Positions 12,086-26,139 of a DNA stretch of 64,000 nucleotides are shown here, one piece after another. Each line of letters begins with the position of its first letter. The first letter of the stretch is position 1. A program made the translations under genes and the position numbers. The notes under the pieces were generated by a model that was not told where the DNA came from, made no database searches, and saw nothing but the letters and a program-made list of their open reading frames with translations. The stretch is from Paraphysomonas bandaiensis. Lineage: Eukaryota; Protista; Chrysophyceae. The DNA is taken from the NCBI GenBank assembly GCA_965644295.1, contig CBFFRP010000395.1, positions 124,001-188,000 of the forward strand. The letters are read 5' to 3'.

Positions 12086-13488
12086 TTATGATTTTTTTCT
12101 CTTGGAGGGCCTCGAATGGAATTTTTTCTTCTTCGTGGTTTTCGTACGTCTATTACTCTGGGCAGCATCTCGTTTTTTCTTTCTACTATTATAACTTGCA
12201 CTAGCTTTGTTTGAATGAGTATCTAATATAAACTTTTTAAAGTCAATAGTTCGGTACCCTCCTCTCACCAAATCTTGAACACATCTACACACAATGTTTG
12301 GAATTATGTAAACTGATTCCTATACAATTACCTGAAGTGTTTCTTGAGTTCAGGGTATCTGCAAGGCATATCGTCGCCTTCATCCTGAAATTCATGTATA
12401 TCTGTTGCGACACAACGGTAATTACGCGTAACACCCATTAACGACCAGGGACATACCATCATGGTCGAGTATATTAGTAGTCCCATCCGCTGTAAGGTCT
12501 ACGATCATCACATCTTCATCCACATCTTCATCCACATCTTCAGAACACACCTCCTCACCAGACCAACTCTCGTCTTCGCTACTACTCTCATCAATTTTCT
12601 TGTCTTCATCTGTGTCACTCAATTCAATGTCAGCTCCACCCTCCATTCCAGAAGAAAGGACTGCAGTTGGTGAAACCGAAGAGGAAATATTAACTTTGCC
12701 CCCACATACTTCACAGACATGTGCCCCAGGTGGATTCATAAAAGTACATGCTGCACAGGAAACTCCACTCTGCTCATTATCTGGTAGATGGTAGCGTTCA
12801 CGGCCACATATATCACACCTGTCTCATAATAACATGATTATATAATAATAAAAACACACGCAGTGTCTTACATGTTACAAGAAGAAGAATTAAAAAAAGT
12901 GCAACTAGTACATTGCCAAGTGTGATTATGATTTGCATCGTCTAAATCATCACTATAAGCCACTGCTGAACGCAATCGTTTCTTATCTGATGATTTAATT
13001 GTTCTATGTAATGAACTTTTATCAGGTGGGGTATCACATAGACCACAATCATCATCATCTTGACTAAATGATTGAATATGACTAGATACTGGTGTAGTAA
13101 TCTCATGATTATCCTTATGTTTAATATCTTTTATATGTACATCAGTATCATAATGATCATTTGGATGAATATCTTGTAGAGACACTTGATATGAAGTTGT
13201 ATGTTTAGTATGATATAAAAAAGTTTTAGATACATCTTGAAATGGCATTAATAAATACTTTGAATGATATGATGATGATTTTTGTATAGATTTTCTTGAT
13301 AATAATTGTATATTATTATCATCATCATCTATTGGTGAAGCTAATAGTGTATGATTAGGTTTATCTATTGAATGATTTGTATGATTTGTATGATTTGTAA
13401 GATGGATAGAAGATGATGATATACAAGTATTGGAAGATGATTTGGATAAAGGTTTATGTTGTGATAATGATAATGATTTTCTTTTCAT
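12086..13488 (-). CDS. Low-complexity protein with RanBP2-type zinc fingers (multi-exon)
   Basis: WQCTSCTFFN...C and SCAACTFMNPPGAHVCEVC motifs, an acidic tract and a basic C-terminal tail. ORF pieces are separated by short introns. Confidence 0.65.
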
Positions 13489-14177
13489 ATTAATAGAATC
13501 ATATGTATATAGAATGCTTTCTTAAGTTTGATATATATATATATGTATGTTCTATAGAGATGTCTATATATGGACATGTATATATATGACATCTTATTTT
13601 TCGGGAATTAATTGAAGTAAATATACTCTATATTACTGATATACAACTACGACAAGAATACAGATAATTGTTATCTCAATATTAGAGGCATCTCTGAACA
13701 AAAATATACCAAGCATGCCGATACGCAGGTGTAGGTATTCTTGTAAATATTGTAAAAATATCAAATTTAAAAGTTTAAAATTTGTCAATTTTGTATATAA
13801 TTTCTTTGTAAAAAATACAATATAGAGAATATAAATATACTATTATATATATATACGATTTTGAATGTTTTGTCCTGTATTGAAAATTTGTATTACCTTC
13901 ACATAGCATAATCTACCATACGAATTCATTTTTGTCCGATTGCAATTCATATACTCACTAAAATTACAGTATATAATAATGCTATATACAATAACCTCCT
14001 TTCAATTCCATATTTTCAGTTTTCAGATGTCGCTTTAAGATATCAAATCACAGGTGTGTGGTGTCATGGAGTACTAAAACATACATACACATACATACAC
14101 ACATATATATATATAATGAACTGAACATTCACTGATCATAGTGAACTATATCACCATTCGTTATTTAAAGAGCAAAC

Positions 14178-14700
14178 ATGGGAAGTGCTAGAGGTAATAA
14201 TGAATCTATATGAATATATCTGTATAATAGAGGGGTATATGTAGGACGTGGAGGTGCACAGGGGACTAAGTTTAGGATGACTTTAGGTTAGTTTATATAT
14301 AGATAGATAGATAGATGCTCATCATATAATAGGTCTTCCTGTTGGAGCTGTACTTAACTGTGCAGATAATACTGGAGCTAAATCACTTATGATTATTGCT
14401 GTATGTGGTGTGAAGGGTCGTCAAAACAGATTGCCTGCTGCCACTGTAGGTGATCTTGTTATGGGTGCCTGTAAGAAGGGTAAACCTGAATTGAGAAAGA
14501 AGGTACACCCTGTTGTTGTTGTTCGCCAGAGAAAGACCTGGAGAAGAAAGGAGGGTGCTTACATCTACTTCGAGGACAACGCTGGTGTTATTGTCAACAA
14601 CAAGGGTGAAATGAAGGGATCCGCCGTTGCTGGTCCTTGCTCCAAGGAGTGCGCAGATATGTGGCCCCGTATTTCTTCTAACGCAGGCTCCATCCTGTAA
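14178..14700 (+). CDS. RPL23: 60S ribosomal protein L23 (uL14)
   Basis: Exons 14178-14193, 14245-14286 and 14333-14700 splice to [38 protein letters not shown]...[19 protein letters not shown]...[12 protein letters not shown]. Confidence 0.98.
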
Positions 14701-15276
14701 ATTGCACAAAAGTACTTGCTCTAATTAACGAATAGTTCGTGACGTAATAAATTTTTGCTTGACACATGCAGCTGTGTGTAGCAGTAGTAGAGTTGTAGCT
14801 TGTTAAGTATTACCTTCACTCAAAACGAAGGGAACAATATCAAGTGGTTCCGACACAAGATTATATTGTAACTGATATAGGGTAGATGAGCTAGGTGTAT
14901 TCCACAGAATACTCAATATAGGATATAGGTAAATGCGCTGATAGTGCTCATCAGGCACTGCTGTAAGCAATGCTACAAGTAATGCCCTACTAAATCATCG
15001 ACATTAATTAATAAAACTAATGTAAACAGTTCAATTCTCTACTCATTTACTTAATTTTTCGCTGGACATGACAATGTTCCCTAGTACAAGTGTATGTATT
15101 TATGCACTTACTATTAACTTAATACGCAAGAAAACCAGAGTAAAAAATTCCAAGTAAGCTCACATCATGAAAGCGATACTCTATAGAATTATTCCCCTGT
15201 ACCAATAACATGAACTAAATTCGAAATTCCAACACACAGTAATTTCAGTGGAACTTTGAGTAATAACAAATACACA

Positions 15277-18200
15277 CTAGGTCTCCAGTTTCGCAACGGG
15301 CCTGCACCTAAATGCGAATGGCCGAAACCTGATATTCGGAGATATACCATCTTCGAGCATATGGAGCAAAGCGTGTTTATCTAGCTCGCGAAGGTATGGC
15401 ATAATGACGCGCAGACAATCGATTGGTAATGACCCGTTATTTCGTTTCGAGAAGTCTTTGAGGTACCAGGAACATATTCTTGGAAGGACCGCAGTTTTCT
15501 TTTCGGTGTCAATATGGCACGTTTCCGCTAACACAAGTGCGGTCATCTGCCCAACAGCATTCGTTATAAACTTTAAGTGGATATGAACCGCACTTACCTC
15601 GTCCATTTGTCTATCCAGGGTTTGGGGGTAATAGATAGGGACATATCCTGGAATAGATCGCGACCCACAGTTAATACAAAAATTCAACCTAAAAGTATAT
15701 TAATAAAGGATGGTAGCAAAAGTGGAAATCAAATACCGGAAATCCTTTTGCCCCAGAGCAAGACTACCTAAATTGGAGGCTTTTGCTCCAATTTTTTTTG
15801 ATAACAGGGCAGCAGATGGTTTACACATGGATGATCTGTACGACAATAGCGTTACTTTCATAATGCATATGTCGTAGTACTGACCTCAGTCCGTTGTGCT
15901 CCAGCTCGTTGATGGATATTACATCGTACGACACCAAATAAGAGACTGAATTGAAAAAGGACGCCCACGAGCTCTGAGAAACCGGAGGTCCTAGAAGCAA
16001 GAACCCGTGTAGAACCATTGAGTGATACAGGTTGAGTAGAAGTGAAATTTTCTCTTTTTCGTTGATCCCGGAAATGTCTAACGTTTGTAATGCGCTAATT
16101 CTATCCATAAACTCCACCCACAATGCAGCATCAGAAGAAGTTCCGCAAGCAACAAGCTCAAATGCTTTATCCAAAATTCCTTCCACGAGCTCATTTGGAG
16201 TCTGTGCAAGTATTTCCGATGGCAAGCCGGACGCAGGGTGAAATATAATACGGCGATAATTGAAAACCCGCCGCCTATCGAGTTTAAAACTGTTGGGACG
16301 ACCAAAGAAAATATCAGCGGACTCCATTAAGTTGGGTATAGGGTGATTCCTCAGGTCTGGTGTCTCAGAAATATGGTTACCGAGAAGTCCCACAAACACT
16401 CTTATCCACCCCTCGCACTCTTGCGTCGACCGAACCATAATTACAAACACTCGTGCAAACGTTTCGATTTGGAAGTACTCAAACCCAGGGAAGGGTGCCT
16501 CTTCTCGTGACAGTGGCCTTACACACAACACCGACTTCAAAGATATTGTCACTCCACTAGATCTTCTAGAGTCAGCATGTCTAAGTATACATACTTCAGT
16601 ACTGCTAACAAGAAGAGTCTTCTCGACCCAGTGCCGTCTCTCTGTGGCCATTGCAACACTACCTTCCCATCGTTGAGAATACTTCCCTCGAGAGACAACT
16701 GTGACAGGACTAGAATTTTCGAGGAAGGTTCGGTCTGCGTCGTTTTTCGTTCCTAGAAACTCCTCAAGCTTATTCATATGAGAGCGGGTAGAGTTACCAC
16801 TCAGTAGTGCGCGATAAGAGACCACCAATTGTCGACGCAGTTTCTCCACTTGAGACATCCGAGCATTCTTAGCCAACTTACCATACTTGCATATAGGGAA
16901 GAGTTTAGAGAACTCCTGATAGGATCGCAGCTTCGGTGTCGTATCTCTATTAGTGGTAGACAGCTCAACAGCATACGGGAATATGTACATAAATCTCTTT
17001 CGGCCGTCCTTCCGGTGGTCAGCAAACTCAATACACGCCGGACAATACCTACGCAACACATAACATTCACGATGCCACATAAAGGAAAAGAGGGTAAAAC
17101 CTGAGATCTCCTTCATTCCCTTCCATAAAGTAATCATTCGTGGGCTCTATATCCAATGATTCCTGAGAGTCTCCGATGACCCCGTCTGAAGAAAAGAGCT
17201 CCCCGATCTCTTTCCTTATCCAGCCGCGCACGCCAGTTTTCTCCCCATCCGGCTTATCCACAGAAGGGCGCCGCCACCGTTTTCCCGAGCCCATCAAACC
17301 TGTACCATCACCAGAGGATAAAGACCGCGCGCGATTTCGGTGACGACGCAAAAATCTCGGCTATAAGAATTTTTTCAATGTCGGAAAACAATACACGAAA
17401 CACGTTTACACATACCGCCTTTGCCCACTGCCTGGGACTGCGTTCCTCACTGCCCTCATCTTCCATGTCATCATCATCTTCATCTTCTTCATTGAATATG
17501 ATGTCCGTATCTTCATCAATTCCATCGTCATCCATTTCCAGGGGCTCGTCAACTTCCTCCACCTCTTCGTCGCTGGGGTCGAGGTTGAGCTCTATACCCT
17601 TGTCAGTGTCCACAGAAGTAATCTATAGTATAACGCCGTTAAAACATAGATAAGATTTCTAAACACACCCACCTTCAGATTGAAGACGTAATTTAGAGAC
17701 TTATGTGGGTGTTTATCGGCGTGTTTATCAGAGCTCTTGTTCGAGTTCGGTACCTCATACCCGACAAGGCGGATTGGGCAGCCCCCACAAAAGGTATTAA
17801 GGGTCATCTCTTTGAGCATGGGAATATTCACAAGTGTCCAGGAACACAAGTCCATATTAGACGTGTTAACACTGAAACTGTATATACTTGATGTGTCTAT
17901 CTTAATTCTGTCGACAGTAGAAGGGTTCAATCGCAGTTTCCTGAACTCCATGTCTTCAGGGAAGGGGACGCCTAGTGGAGGAGGGGTTTCACCAGCTGGG
18001 GTAACCACAATCTTATCCATTGTCGAAAAAAGAGGAGCTACAATATGCGAAATTTCATGATCGTCGTTATCCGGCGATTCACCAAAAGAATAATGTAGAT
18101 TGTGTACCATGGCCATCACGAATTGCAATATGACCCGGCAAAACGATCGGGTCAAGAGACCTAGCTCCAATTTGTTTTCTGCATCCGCTCCAACATACAC

Positions 18201-19069
18201 TTGACCCTTTGGTACCACCTTGAACTGTCCTTGGACCTGAACTTCGAACATGCGCCTAAAAAGTATCATGATACCACGCATGTCTAAAAGCATGGATTGC
18301 ATACTTTCCACTAAAGAAACTTCTGTAATGGAGATCTAAGGGGTTCGTCCTAACCACAAGCAGTGCTTCTCCCTTAAATATCTAAATACATATTCATATT
18401 TAAAAAAATCGTCATAGCAGTATATAATATACATACATCTGTTTCAAAAGGAACAGGTCGACGGCTGTTGGGGGGGCATGGTACAAAGCCCTGGGGGTGA
18501 TTCTTTGACTGCAAACTAACGTCAAGTGTGTGTATGATCGGCCGGGCATGAGAGGCTGACATCCGCCTCGCAGATATTTGTGCAGATATCTCATCACTGT
18601 CTTCCTCACCAACAGCGACTCCAGAAGTAAGAGCGTTCATTACCCACTCATGAGGAGTGACCTGCCCTTCAGAGTGCCACACACTACTCACAGCTTCGAC
18701 TACAACACCTTCTGGACCTTCAATTGTACATGAACTTCTTCCAAACTCTCCACTAATATTACTTGCTGTAACTTGACCACCACATTCTGTTACACGTAAT
18801 AGAAGATCTTTTAAATCATCTACAATAATAAATATTCTTCGTACAGATATTAATGATATTTTGGTTAATATATTTTCATCACATGTATTACTATTAACTA
18901 ATATGATAGTAGCTAAATTTGATATAACTTGTACATAATATTCATATGGTTGTTTTATACATATAAATTTAGTTTGAAATAAACCTTGAAAGAAATTACA
19001 TGCTAATTCTGTATTTTCTACTAAGATGATTGTACATTGTGAGAGTCTGATAGTAGATTTACTATCCAT
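15277..19069 (-). CDS. Multidomain protein: VOC/glyoxalase-like N-terminus, DUF1769, PH/GRAM-like region, DUF547
   Basis: TIEGPEGVVVE (VOC-like); PNSRRPVPFETD...RRMFEVQVQGQFK...LHYSFG...APLFSTMDKIVVTP (DUF1769-like); LNLYHSMVLHG...SINELEHNGLR...NFCINCGSRSIP...LPRICSWYLKDF (DUF547-like). Consecutive minus-strand ORFs are joined by short introns. Confidence 0.75.
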
Positions 19070-19624
19070 TAGTGATAGTGAGTGAATTAATTAATATGAT
19101 TGATTGTTATAAGGATAAATGTGTGTATAGGTAGAGTGTGATAGTAGAATAAAGGGATAGATATTTCATTGTATGAGGGAGTTATGATGGTATGATATGA
19201 GCTGAGTGGGATGTACCTGTATATATGTATCTATGCATGTATATATCTGTACGTATTTCTGTAGGTTGGCGATAACAGAATACAGAAGTATTTCTATGCA
19301 TACGTATGTATGTATGTATGTATGTACATGTATGTATGTATGTATGTATGTACATGTATCTATCTATGTATGTATGTACAGTACAGTATGTATCGTAGGA
19401 ATTGCAATAAGCAATGCGAAGTCGACTATAAAATTCACCTTTTTATATCCGAACAACTGAATAGATCCATAAAACTCAAGTTTTTTTGCATAAAACCTTG
19501 AAAAAGCCAAGTATTTGCTCCAAAGCTACGGTATATGTATTAGGTGTTATATGTGCTGTCTTTCTCTATATATGTACATACAGTACAGTCCATGTCATTC
19601 CTCTTAGCTAACACAACTAACACA

Positions 19625-20038
19625 ATGGTAAGAATAATAAATGGTGAAATCGTTCAAGATGATGATCCAAGAGTTCATCAATCTAATTCATCATCCTCAC
19701 ACAATATCCGACAGCGTGGAATACGTGATTTGCATTCAATACGTAACCAAACCACTCATAAGTCAGATGAACCTCGTACACCTAATAACCCAACTTATGA
19801 ACAACATAATACGAATCAAGCTCCATCTGATCCCATGTTGCCATTATCCAAGGCAATGGGTATACATGATAAGTTCATAACGATTCCTGCTGTACCGTCT
19901 TTAGGAATATCGGAAACACGGGTAGGCTTAATATACTTTGTGCTTATAGGAGTGTTGTTTATGATATTTGGCACTCGTTCACTTTTGTTTGCACTTATTA
20001 TATTCGTTATTTACAAACACAGTGAGCGTCAGACGTGA
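19625..20038 (+). CDS. FAM241/DUF4605-like small membrane protein
   Basis: Starts MVRIINGEIVQDDDPRV, resembling the FAM241 N-terminus, and has a C-terminal hydrophobic hairpin. Confidence 0.75.
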   Translation: MVRIINGEIVQDDDPRVHQSNSSSSHNIRQRGIRDLHSIRNQTTHKSDEPRTPNNPTYEQHNTNQAPSDPMLPLSKAMGIHDKFITIPAVPSLGISETRVGLIYFVLIGVLFMIFGTRSLLFALIIFVIYKHSERQT

Positions 20039-20937
20039 TAGTTTTGGCTCTCTGTATTTCATGAATACTGAAATGTATATTTAACATGACTGGAACAAAT
20101 CAATCATGTGCACGCGCTATTATTAAGTAATCATCATAAATACAGATGCAAACCTTTTGTGATATGGATGATATTGTTTAAAGTAATGACTATCAATTTT
20201 GTGAAAGCTGCATTTTAAAATGTTCAATCATTGTACTAGTCTGTATGGTGTGTGGAGATCTCACTAAATTTAGAGGTAAGGACACCCGAAAACTTTTCAT
20301 GTTCAGCAAGCATTCTTGTAAATATTAAGCAAGAAAACACTATCATTTTGTAGTCGTATATCGTTAGTGCTCTATATGAGCTGTTTGTCTTTTATCCCAA
20401 GTTGAACATTTCTACTTCGTACTACTAATTACGTCTAGTTTTCATGTAACTGAATCTGTTAATACTGGTAAAATAGCTACCCACTAGTATACTCTTGAAC
20501 TTTGTATAAAATATATAATAATATACCAATAATAAGACTTTCATATTAGTAATAATATAGTGATACAGAGCCTGAAAACTACTACTAGCATTAAAAGTCC
20601 ATCCCCTTCTAATTGACTTCCTATTTCCTAATAATGATGTCCGTTTATGGTTATTAAATATAGCATTAGACATGTTACAAGTTGAGAAATGTTTAATATA
20701 TACAGACCTTATACCATGCGATAAGATTAGATTTTTTGAAAACTTGAGAAAGGGTATAAGTTCATCTAGCCACCGAAGAAGAGATCTTGAATGGTTTAAT
20801 TCCTAGAAATACTCCAAGTAATTACATTAAATACGTCACTGACATAACATAATTTCTTTTACCATAGCACAATTATTTCTACTTTCAATATCATCTATAT
20901 AATACACACCAACTACAAAACATTACATCAATATAAA

Positions 20938-22428
20938 CTAATACTGAGGCTGGTAATAGATGTTATGTTCTCGTAACAACTCCACAAGACGTGAATTCTC
21001 CATCCTACAATCTTCAATCTCTTCTTCAGATTGTTTGAGCTGAATTTTAAGGGAGTGTGCTAACTCAGCCCACTCTGCAATCTCGTTGGCATACTCGCTG
21101 CTAAGTTTCTTCTCCTGCTCTAGCGCTTCCTCACTTTTCTCCTTGTCCTTGAGAGCCATCCACAGCATCTGATCCTTCACTGCCAGAGCATGTGCGTACT
21201 TGTCACATCGAGCAACTACCTCCAGTCTGTCAGATATTTCCTTCGGGAAGTCATCTGTCGGGAAGTCCACCTGCACTGTGACAGGTTTCGAAGCTGCACG
21301 ATCTATTGCAGAAGATATATCTGCATACTGCTGAATAAGTTCCACCATGCGGTCAGCCCGCGGAGCTGTCACCATTTCTGCTTCCCCGTCTGCCCATCGA
21401 ACGTGACCTGGACGTGAACCCGCCATAACACCCGCAGAACTAACCGTCACACCCTGTCCAATTTGATTCTCAGAATTCGCCACTTCCACGCGTTTCACTA
21501 GCCTCTCCATTGTCTCCAGTTCGTCATCTAGCTGAAGCATCTATAAAAAGAAATTAGTCAGTGGAGAATATACTATTTATAAGAATAGAAAAGGTACGCA
21601 CGCCTACCTGGTGGTGGATGGAACTCTGTCGCCTAGATTCTACAGCCCTCAGCCTCTCCACGATGCGTTCCATGTCTGCCACTGTCTCCCGCTCTATTGC
21701 TTGCCGAGCCGCTTCTACGTCACTTGATGCATTCACCAGCTGTCTGCGCAGCTGAAGAAAGGTCTCTCGCCGTGGAAGTAGCTTGCTGGTCAGCAACATA
21801 CGCAACCGATCGTACCTGTTCTTGTAAGCTTGAACCAATGGCAACACAGTGTTGCCCATAGCCTCGTGGGCCTGAACAGAAGAACGAGGGATCGCTACCC
21901 CAGCGGTTTCGTCATAGTGTGTCAACATCCTTCCTGTCACGACTTCATGTGGTACCCCCGATGTATTACCGCGATTCTTCCCCGCAAGTAGCAGTTCCGG
22001 GTGAGCAGTTACCATAGCTTCGAAATCTTTTTTGTCCAGCTTGCCATCAGCATCACTGTCAAACTTCGCAAATATAGTACCAGCATCAAATGCTGATACA
22101 CCACCATTTACTTGTGAAGATGAAGTATTCTCATCTAATTTATATTTTGCTTCTTTCCACATCTGTCGAAATGCTTCTGCACTAAGTGAGCCTGTTTTAT
22201 GAGGATCATACCTATATATATATATATAACACCATTTATATATAACAATATACATAATTAATACTTATTAAATAATATTCCAGCTTCAAAATCAGAGCTT
22301 CCTTCAGGTACTGATGTAGATACTGATGGTGATTTCCCCTTTGAGTCTTTCGAGTCTTTAGATGATGTCTTTTTACTTGATGATTTCTTTGTATCAGATT
22401 TAGATGATGATTTCTTTTTAGATGACAT
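20938..22428 (-). CDS. EF-hand and coiled-coil protein
   Basis: ATG at 22428 (MSSKKKSS...). EF-hand loops YDPHKTGSLSAEAF and FDSDADGKLDKKDF are followed by long coiled coils. Introns lie near 22212-22265 and 21542-21607. Confidence 0.8.
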
Positions 22429-23003
22429 TATTTTATTATATGATCAGATAATATTATCAATATAATACTTATATATGGTTTGATATGTATGTGTATATAT
22501 ATGGGTAGATGTGCTTATCTATATGGTTAGATCTACATATATATATGTATGGGTAGTATATATGGACTTAATGGAAGGACTGAGATTTTAAAATTCAATT
22601 ATACTGTCTATGTATTCTATGTATTTTATGTATTCTCTATAAATGAGGTATACTGCTGTAGGTTATATATACGTCAGTGAATACGTGAATACAGTATCAG
22701 AAATTTCTGACAATGTTTCAACGGTTTTTTTCTGTATAGTGTGTCACTGTATATATATGTATATGTATGAATGTATATGTAGGTAGGTACTCATATATAT
22801 GCATATATCAACCGACATATCAACTGAGGCATATATATACCACTACTGACAGTAATTAAGACATAGTTTAAGACAGAAACAAGGAGGAGTATATAGTAGC
22901 TATACCTCTTTTATAGAGATCATTGTATTATTGAATCCTTTTATTACTATCACTATCTTACTATTGTCTTCTACTGTCCTGAATAAATACATACATACAA
23001 ACT

Positions 23004-24730
23004 ATGACATCTCCTATGACACTCGCTATTGGTGAAGGTACAACACCTAGGCGAGCACTTAATTCTACTGCTTCTACTACTGGTGTAGGATATTTTTTAA
23101 AAGAATTAGATAAACTTCAAGATCAACAAATGCTATATGCGAAAAAACTTGAAAAAGAAAAACGTAAAAAACAAAAATTAGATGAACAAATTGAGGTTGA
23201 AGAATATCTTCAGTATGATATATGATGAGTTGAATTTTTATATGTAGGAAGCTAAAAACGATGTCCTTTCATTGAAAGCCGCAACAAGAGGTGGAGCAGT
23301 GATGAAAGAGGCACAATTTGCACATAAGAAAGCACTTGCTAGACTCGAAAAGAACTTGCAAATGGCGCGAATTAAACTCAGTGTTGCTCACTCGGAAAAT
23401 ACTGATACGCGGAAACAGATCGACAGTTTAAGACGAAATAAAGTTCTTTTCCTTCAAATTCGTAGAGATTTGGTATGTCATAACTTTTCAGTGGCTGTAC
23501 GTAATGTTGTGGCAGGAACTCGAGCTTGAAGGAGTGAAGCGAAAGATTCAAGACGCCCACAAAGAAATTGGAGTTGTTAATGATAACAAACAAAGAGTTA
23601 AACTTGAAAAGACTGCTATTAAAAATCAGATGATGAATGACATGGAGGAATTTGGACGAGAGCTCCAGGCTGCAAAACATAATATTAGCTCCACTCAAGA
23701 GGTCATCATTGGAACGATTCGTGATCGCATGGAGTCGTCGTACGCAACCTGGGGTGATACTAAAGGGGCAGGGGACGGTTCTCCTCGCTTTACTACAACT
23801 CAGCGTAGCAACAACCAGGAGAGTCAGTTCGACGATCACGAAGAAGAAGAGGGCGCTAGTAGTGACATCGAACATCTCCTGGCGGCAACTGGTGCGAGTA
23901 GTATCGAGGAACTCATGGCGGACTTGCAGCAGAGCGAAGAATATATATTTAGGTATGTATCGTATATATTTCTTTCCAGTATTACGTTTTCATGCTTATG
24001 CGGTGTTAGCATGTACAAGAACATTCAAAACTCTAGCCTTGAATTGGAGAGATTGGAAATGGAGAACAAGAGCCTCGAAAACAAGGCGGATAGTCAGCTG
24101 GACATGTTGAAAGAAGTGGAAGATCACAATGAAAAAGTCCGCGAGGACTTGGAAAACCACATTATGCAGATTCAGCGGTCCATTACAGACTTCGAGTCTT
24201 CCTACAATGCGAATATGCAGGTGCTGGGCACCATAGCCGAGTGTCTGATGAGCATTCTCCGAAATGTAAGCTTTTTAGCGAACTTTTCTCAAATATAGTG
24301 ATTGTGAAACTCTTAGGTTGCATCGGATGAGGATGCAGTTGACCAGCAGTTGCTTTCCTCGGGCCTAAACGACAGAAACATCGATACGTACCTGGGCGTT
24401 GTCGAGCAGCGTATTGACTATCTAATTCAGGTAACACTGGTGATAAGTTCATACACATCGAAATGTGATTGATATATGTAGATGTCCAAGGCTGCATTTA
24501 AGCAGCCATTCTCTGGTTCTGATTTCATAGGCATTAAGAATGATAAGGCCAGTAGGCGACATACACTCGTCACCCCTGCTCTGCCATCGCTGGATGGGCC
24601 AGATGATGATGATGAGCCGGACGATAATACCAAGGTGGCACCCATAAATATTAATTTGCTCAAAGATGTTATGCAAAAACGAGTTCAAAAGGGGATAGAG
24701 AAGCTTGAGAAATCTGGAAATATTGCGTAG
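23004..24730 (+). CDS. Outer dynein arm docking complex (ODAD1/CCDC63/CCDC114-like) coiled-coil protein
   Basis: Multi-exon coiled coil with LEKNLQ..RIKLS....EN...RKQIDSLRR and a late GLNDRNIDTYLGVVEQRIDYLIQ motif typical of the ODA-DC family. Confidence 0.7.
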
Positions 24731-25822
24731 TTACAGATCTATCATGTCGACTGTGGTGTGATGAAATATATCCATGTGTGTAATACCAACCGGTTGACAT
24801 TGTCGCCTTTCTATTTGTATTATGACCGAAACTATGCCAGCGACCACGAATTAATAACAAATTATTCTTGATAATACGTGTCAGTGCGTTTCAGTTCTAT
24901 GCATTATCGATACATTTTTAATTCCTGACAGTTTAATTCATTATGAGCCCATATTAGTTAATTGAGCAAAACACTAATTGACATACGCATATTCCAGACA
25001 TTCTAATTTTACATAACTTTATATACTCTATATCAATATACATTGTTTTTGCCATAATTTATCGTATTCACAAGACTGGCGTTATGTGAATTGGAAGAGG
25101 TGGAAGTTCTAGGAGGACCGTCGTCGCTCGTTGTTTTATTTGTTTTATTGTTAACTTACTCGCTACAGTTTTTCTATGTATTCTTTGAATATAGTCAAAA
25201 GACATGATATAACATTGTGCAGTTCAAGACTTTCATATGAAAGCAGTGTTCAGTCCAAGATTTAACTACAACAATCGCGATACATTATAAATTCACAGAT
25301 TCATAACTTCAGTATTGCATGAGCGTACACAAGTAAATAAGATTCACTATCTAAGAAAACAATCAGTCTATTACTGTCATGAGTAAACATGCCAACTATT
25401 TGATGTGTGATGTATTCCAGTCCTTTTCCACACGAATATGTAGCCTATTTTCATGTTTAAATGAATAAAGAATGGACTATAATTTGGAATATTAGTGATA
25501 TGTGGTATTTTGATTGTATTTTCTATTATTACTATTAGTATGGGAATATGTTGATAGGTAAGTAGTTGCATATCATGAATGGGTATATCATACATACAGT
25601 CCTATAAGAATATATCTGTGTCATGTAATAACTTTATGAATTAGTGATATTGCTAGAGATATATGGAGAGATGCTTCCTGTTTGTACATTTATGGGACAT
25701 ATCAGGCTGCTGCTTAGCTATATGTTAGTGTACATATACATGATACGTATATACTAATCCATATAATAATACACTAACTTACTTATTATTATACAATTTT
25801 CACATATGCATTACAATGTTAT

Positions 25823-25904
25823 GACTGTTTGTCCGAGTGGTTAAGGAGATGCACTCGAAATGCATTGGGAAATTCCCGCGCAGGTTCGAATCCTGCAGCA
25901 GTCG
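25823..25904 (+). tRNA. tRNA-Ser(CGA)
   Basis: 82-nt cloverleaf with long variable arm, anticodon arm ATGCA-CT-CGA-AA-TGCAT, GGTTCGAATCC T-arm and a downstream T-run terminator. Confidence 0.97.
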
Positions 25905-26057
25905 AATTTTTGTTGTACAACATTTTTGTAGGATATGAAATTTTAGCATGTTTTTGTCATACGTAATTCATAGAAATGATGGGTTTTTTACAGGAAAACC
26001 TGCAACACATGCTGTAAGTGGATATACACAGTACCCAGCCAGAGAAAAAAAGATATA

Positions 26058-26139
26058 CGACTGCTGCAGGATTCGAACCTGCGCGGGAATTTCCCAATGG
26101 ATTTCTAGTCCATCTCCTTAACCACTCGGACAAACAGTC
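26058..26139 (-). tRNA. tRNA-Ser(AGA)
   Basis: Minus strand GACTGTTTGTCCGAGTGG...ATGGA-CT-AGA-AA-TCCAT...GCAGCAGTCG, followed by a T-run. Confidence 0.97.

Noticed and set aside
14178-14700. Non-standard genetic code
   Set aside because: RPL23, PI3K and other genes end at normal TAA/TAG/TGA and long exons have no in-frame stops. The only UGA recoding seen is the SelT Sec codon.
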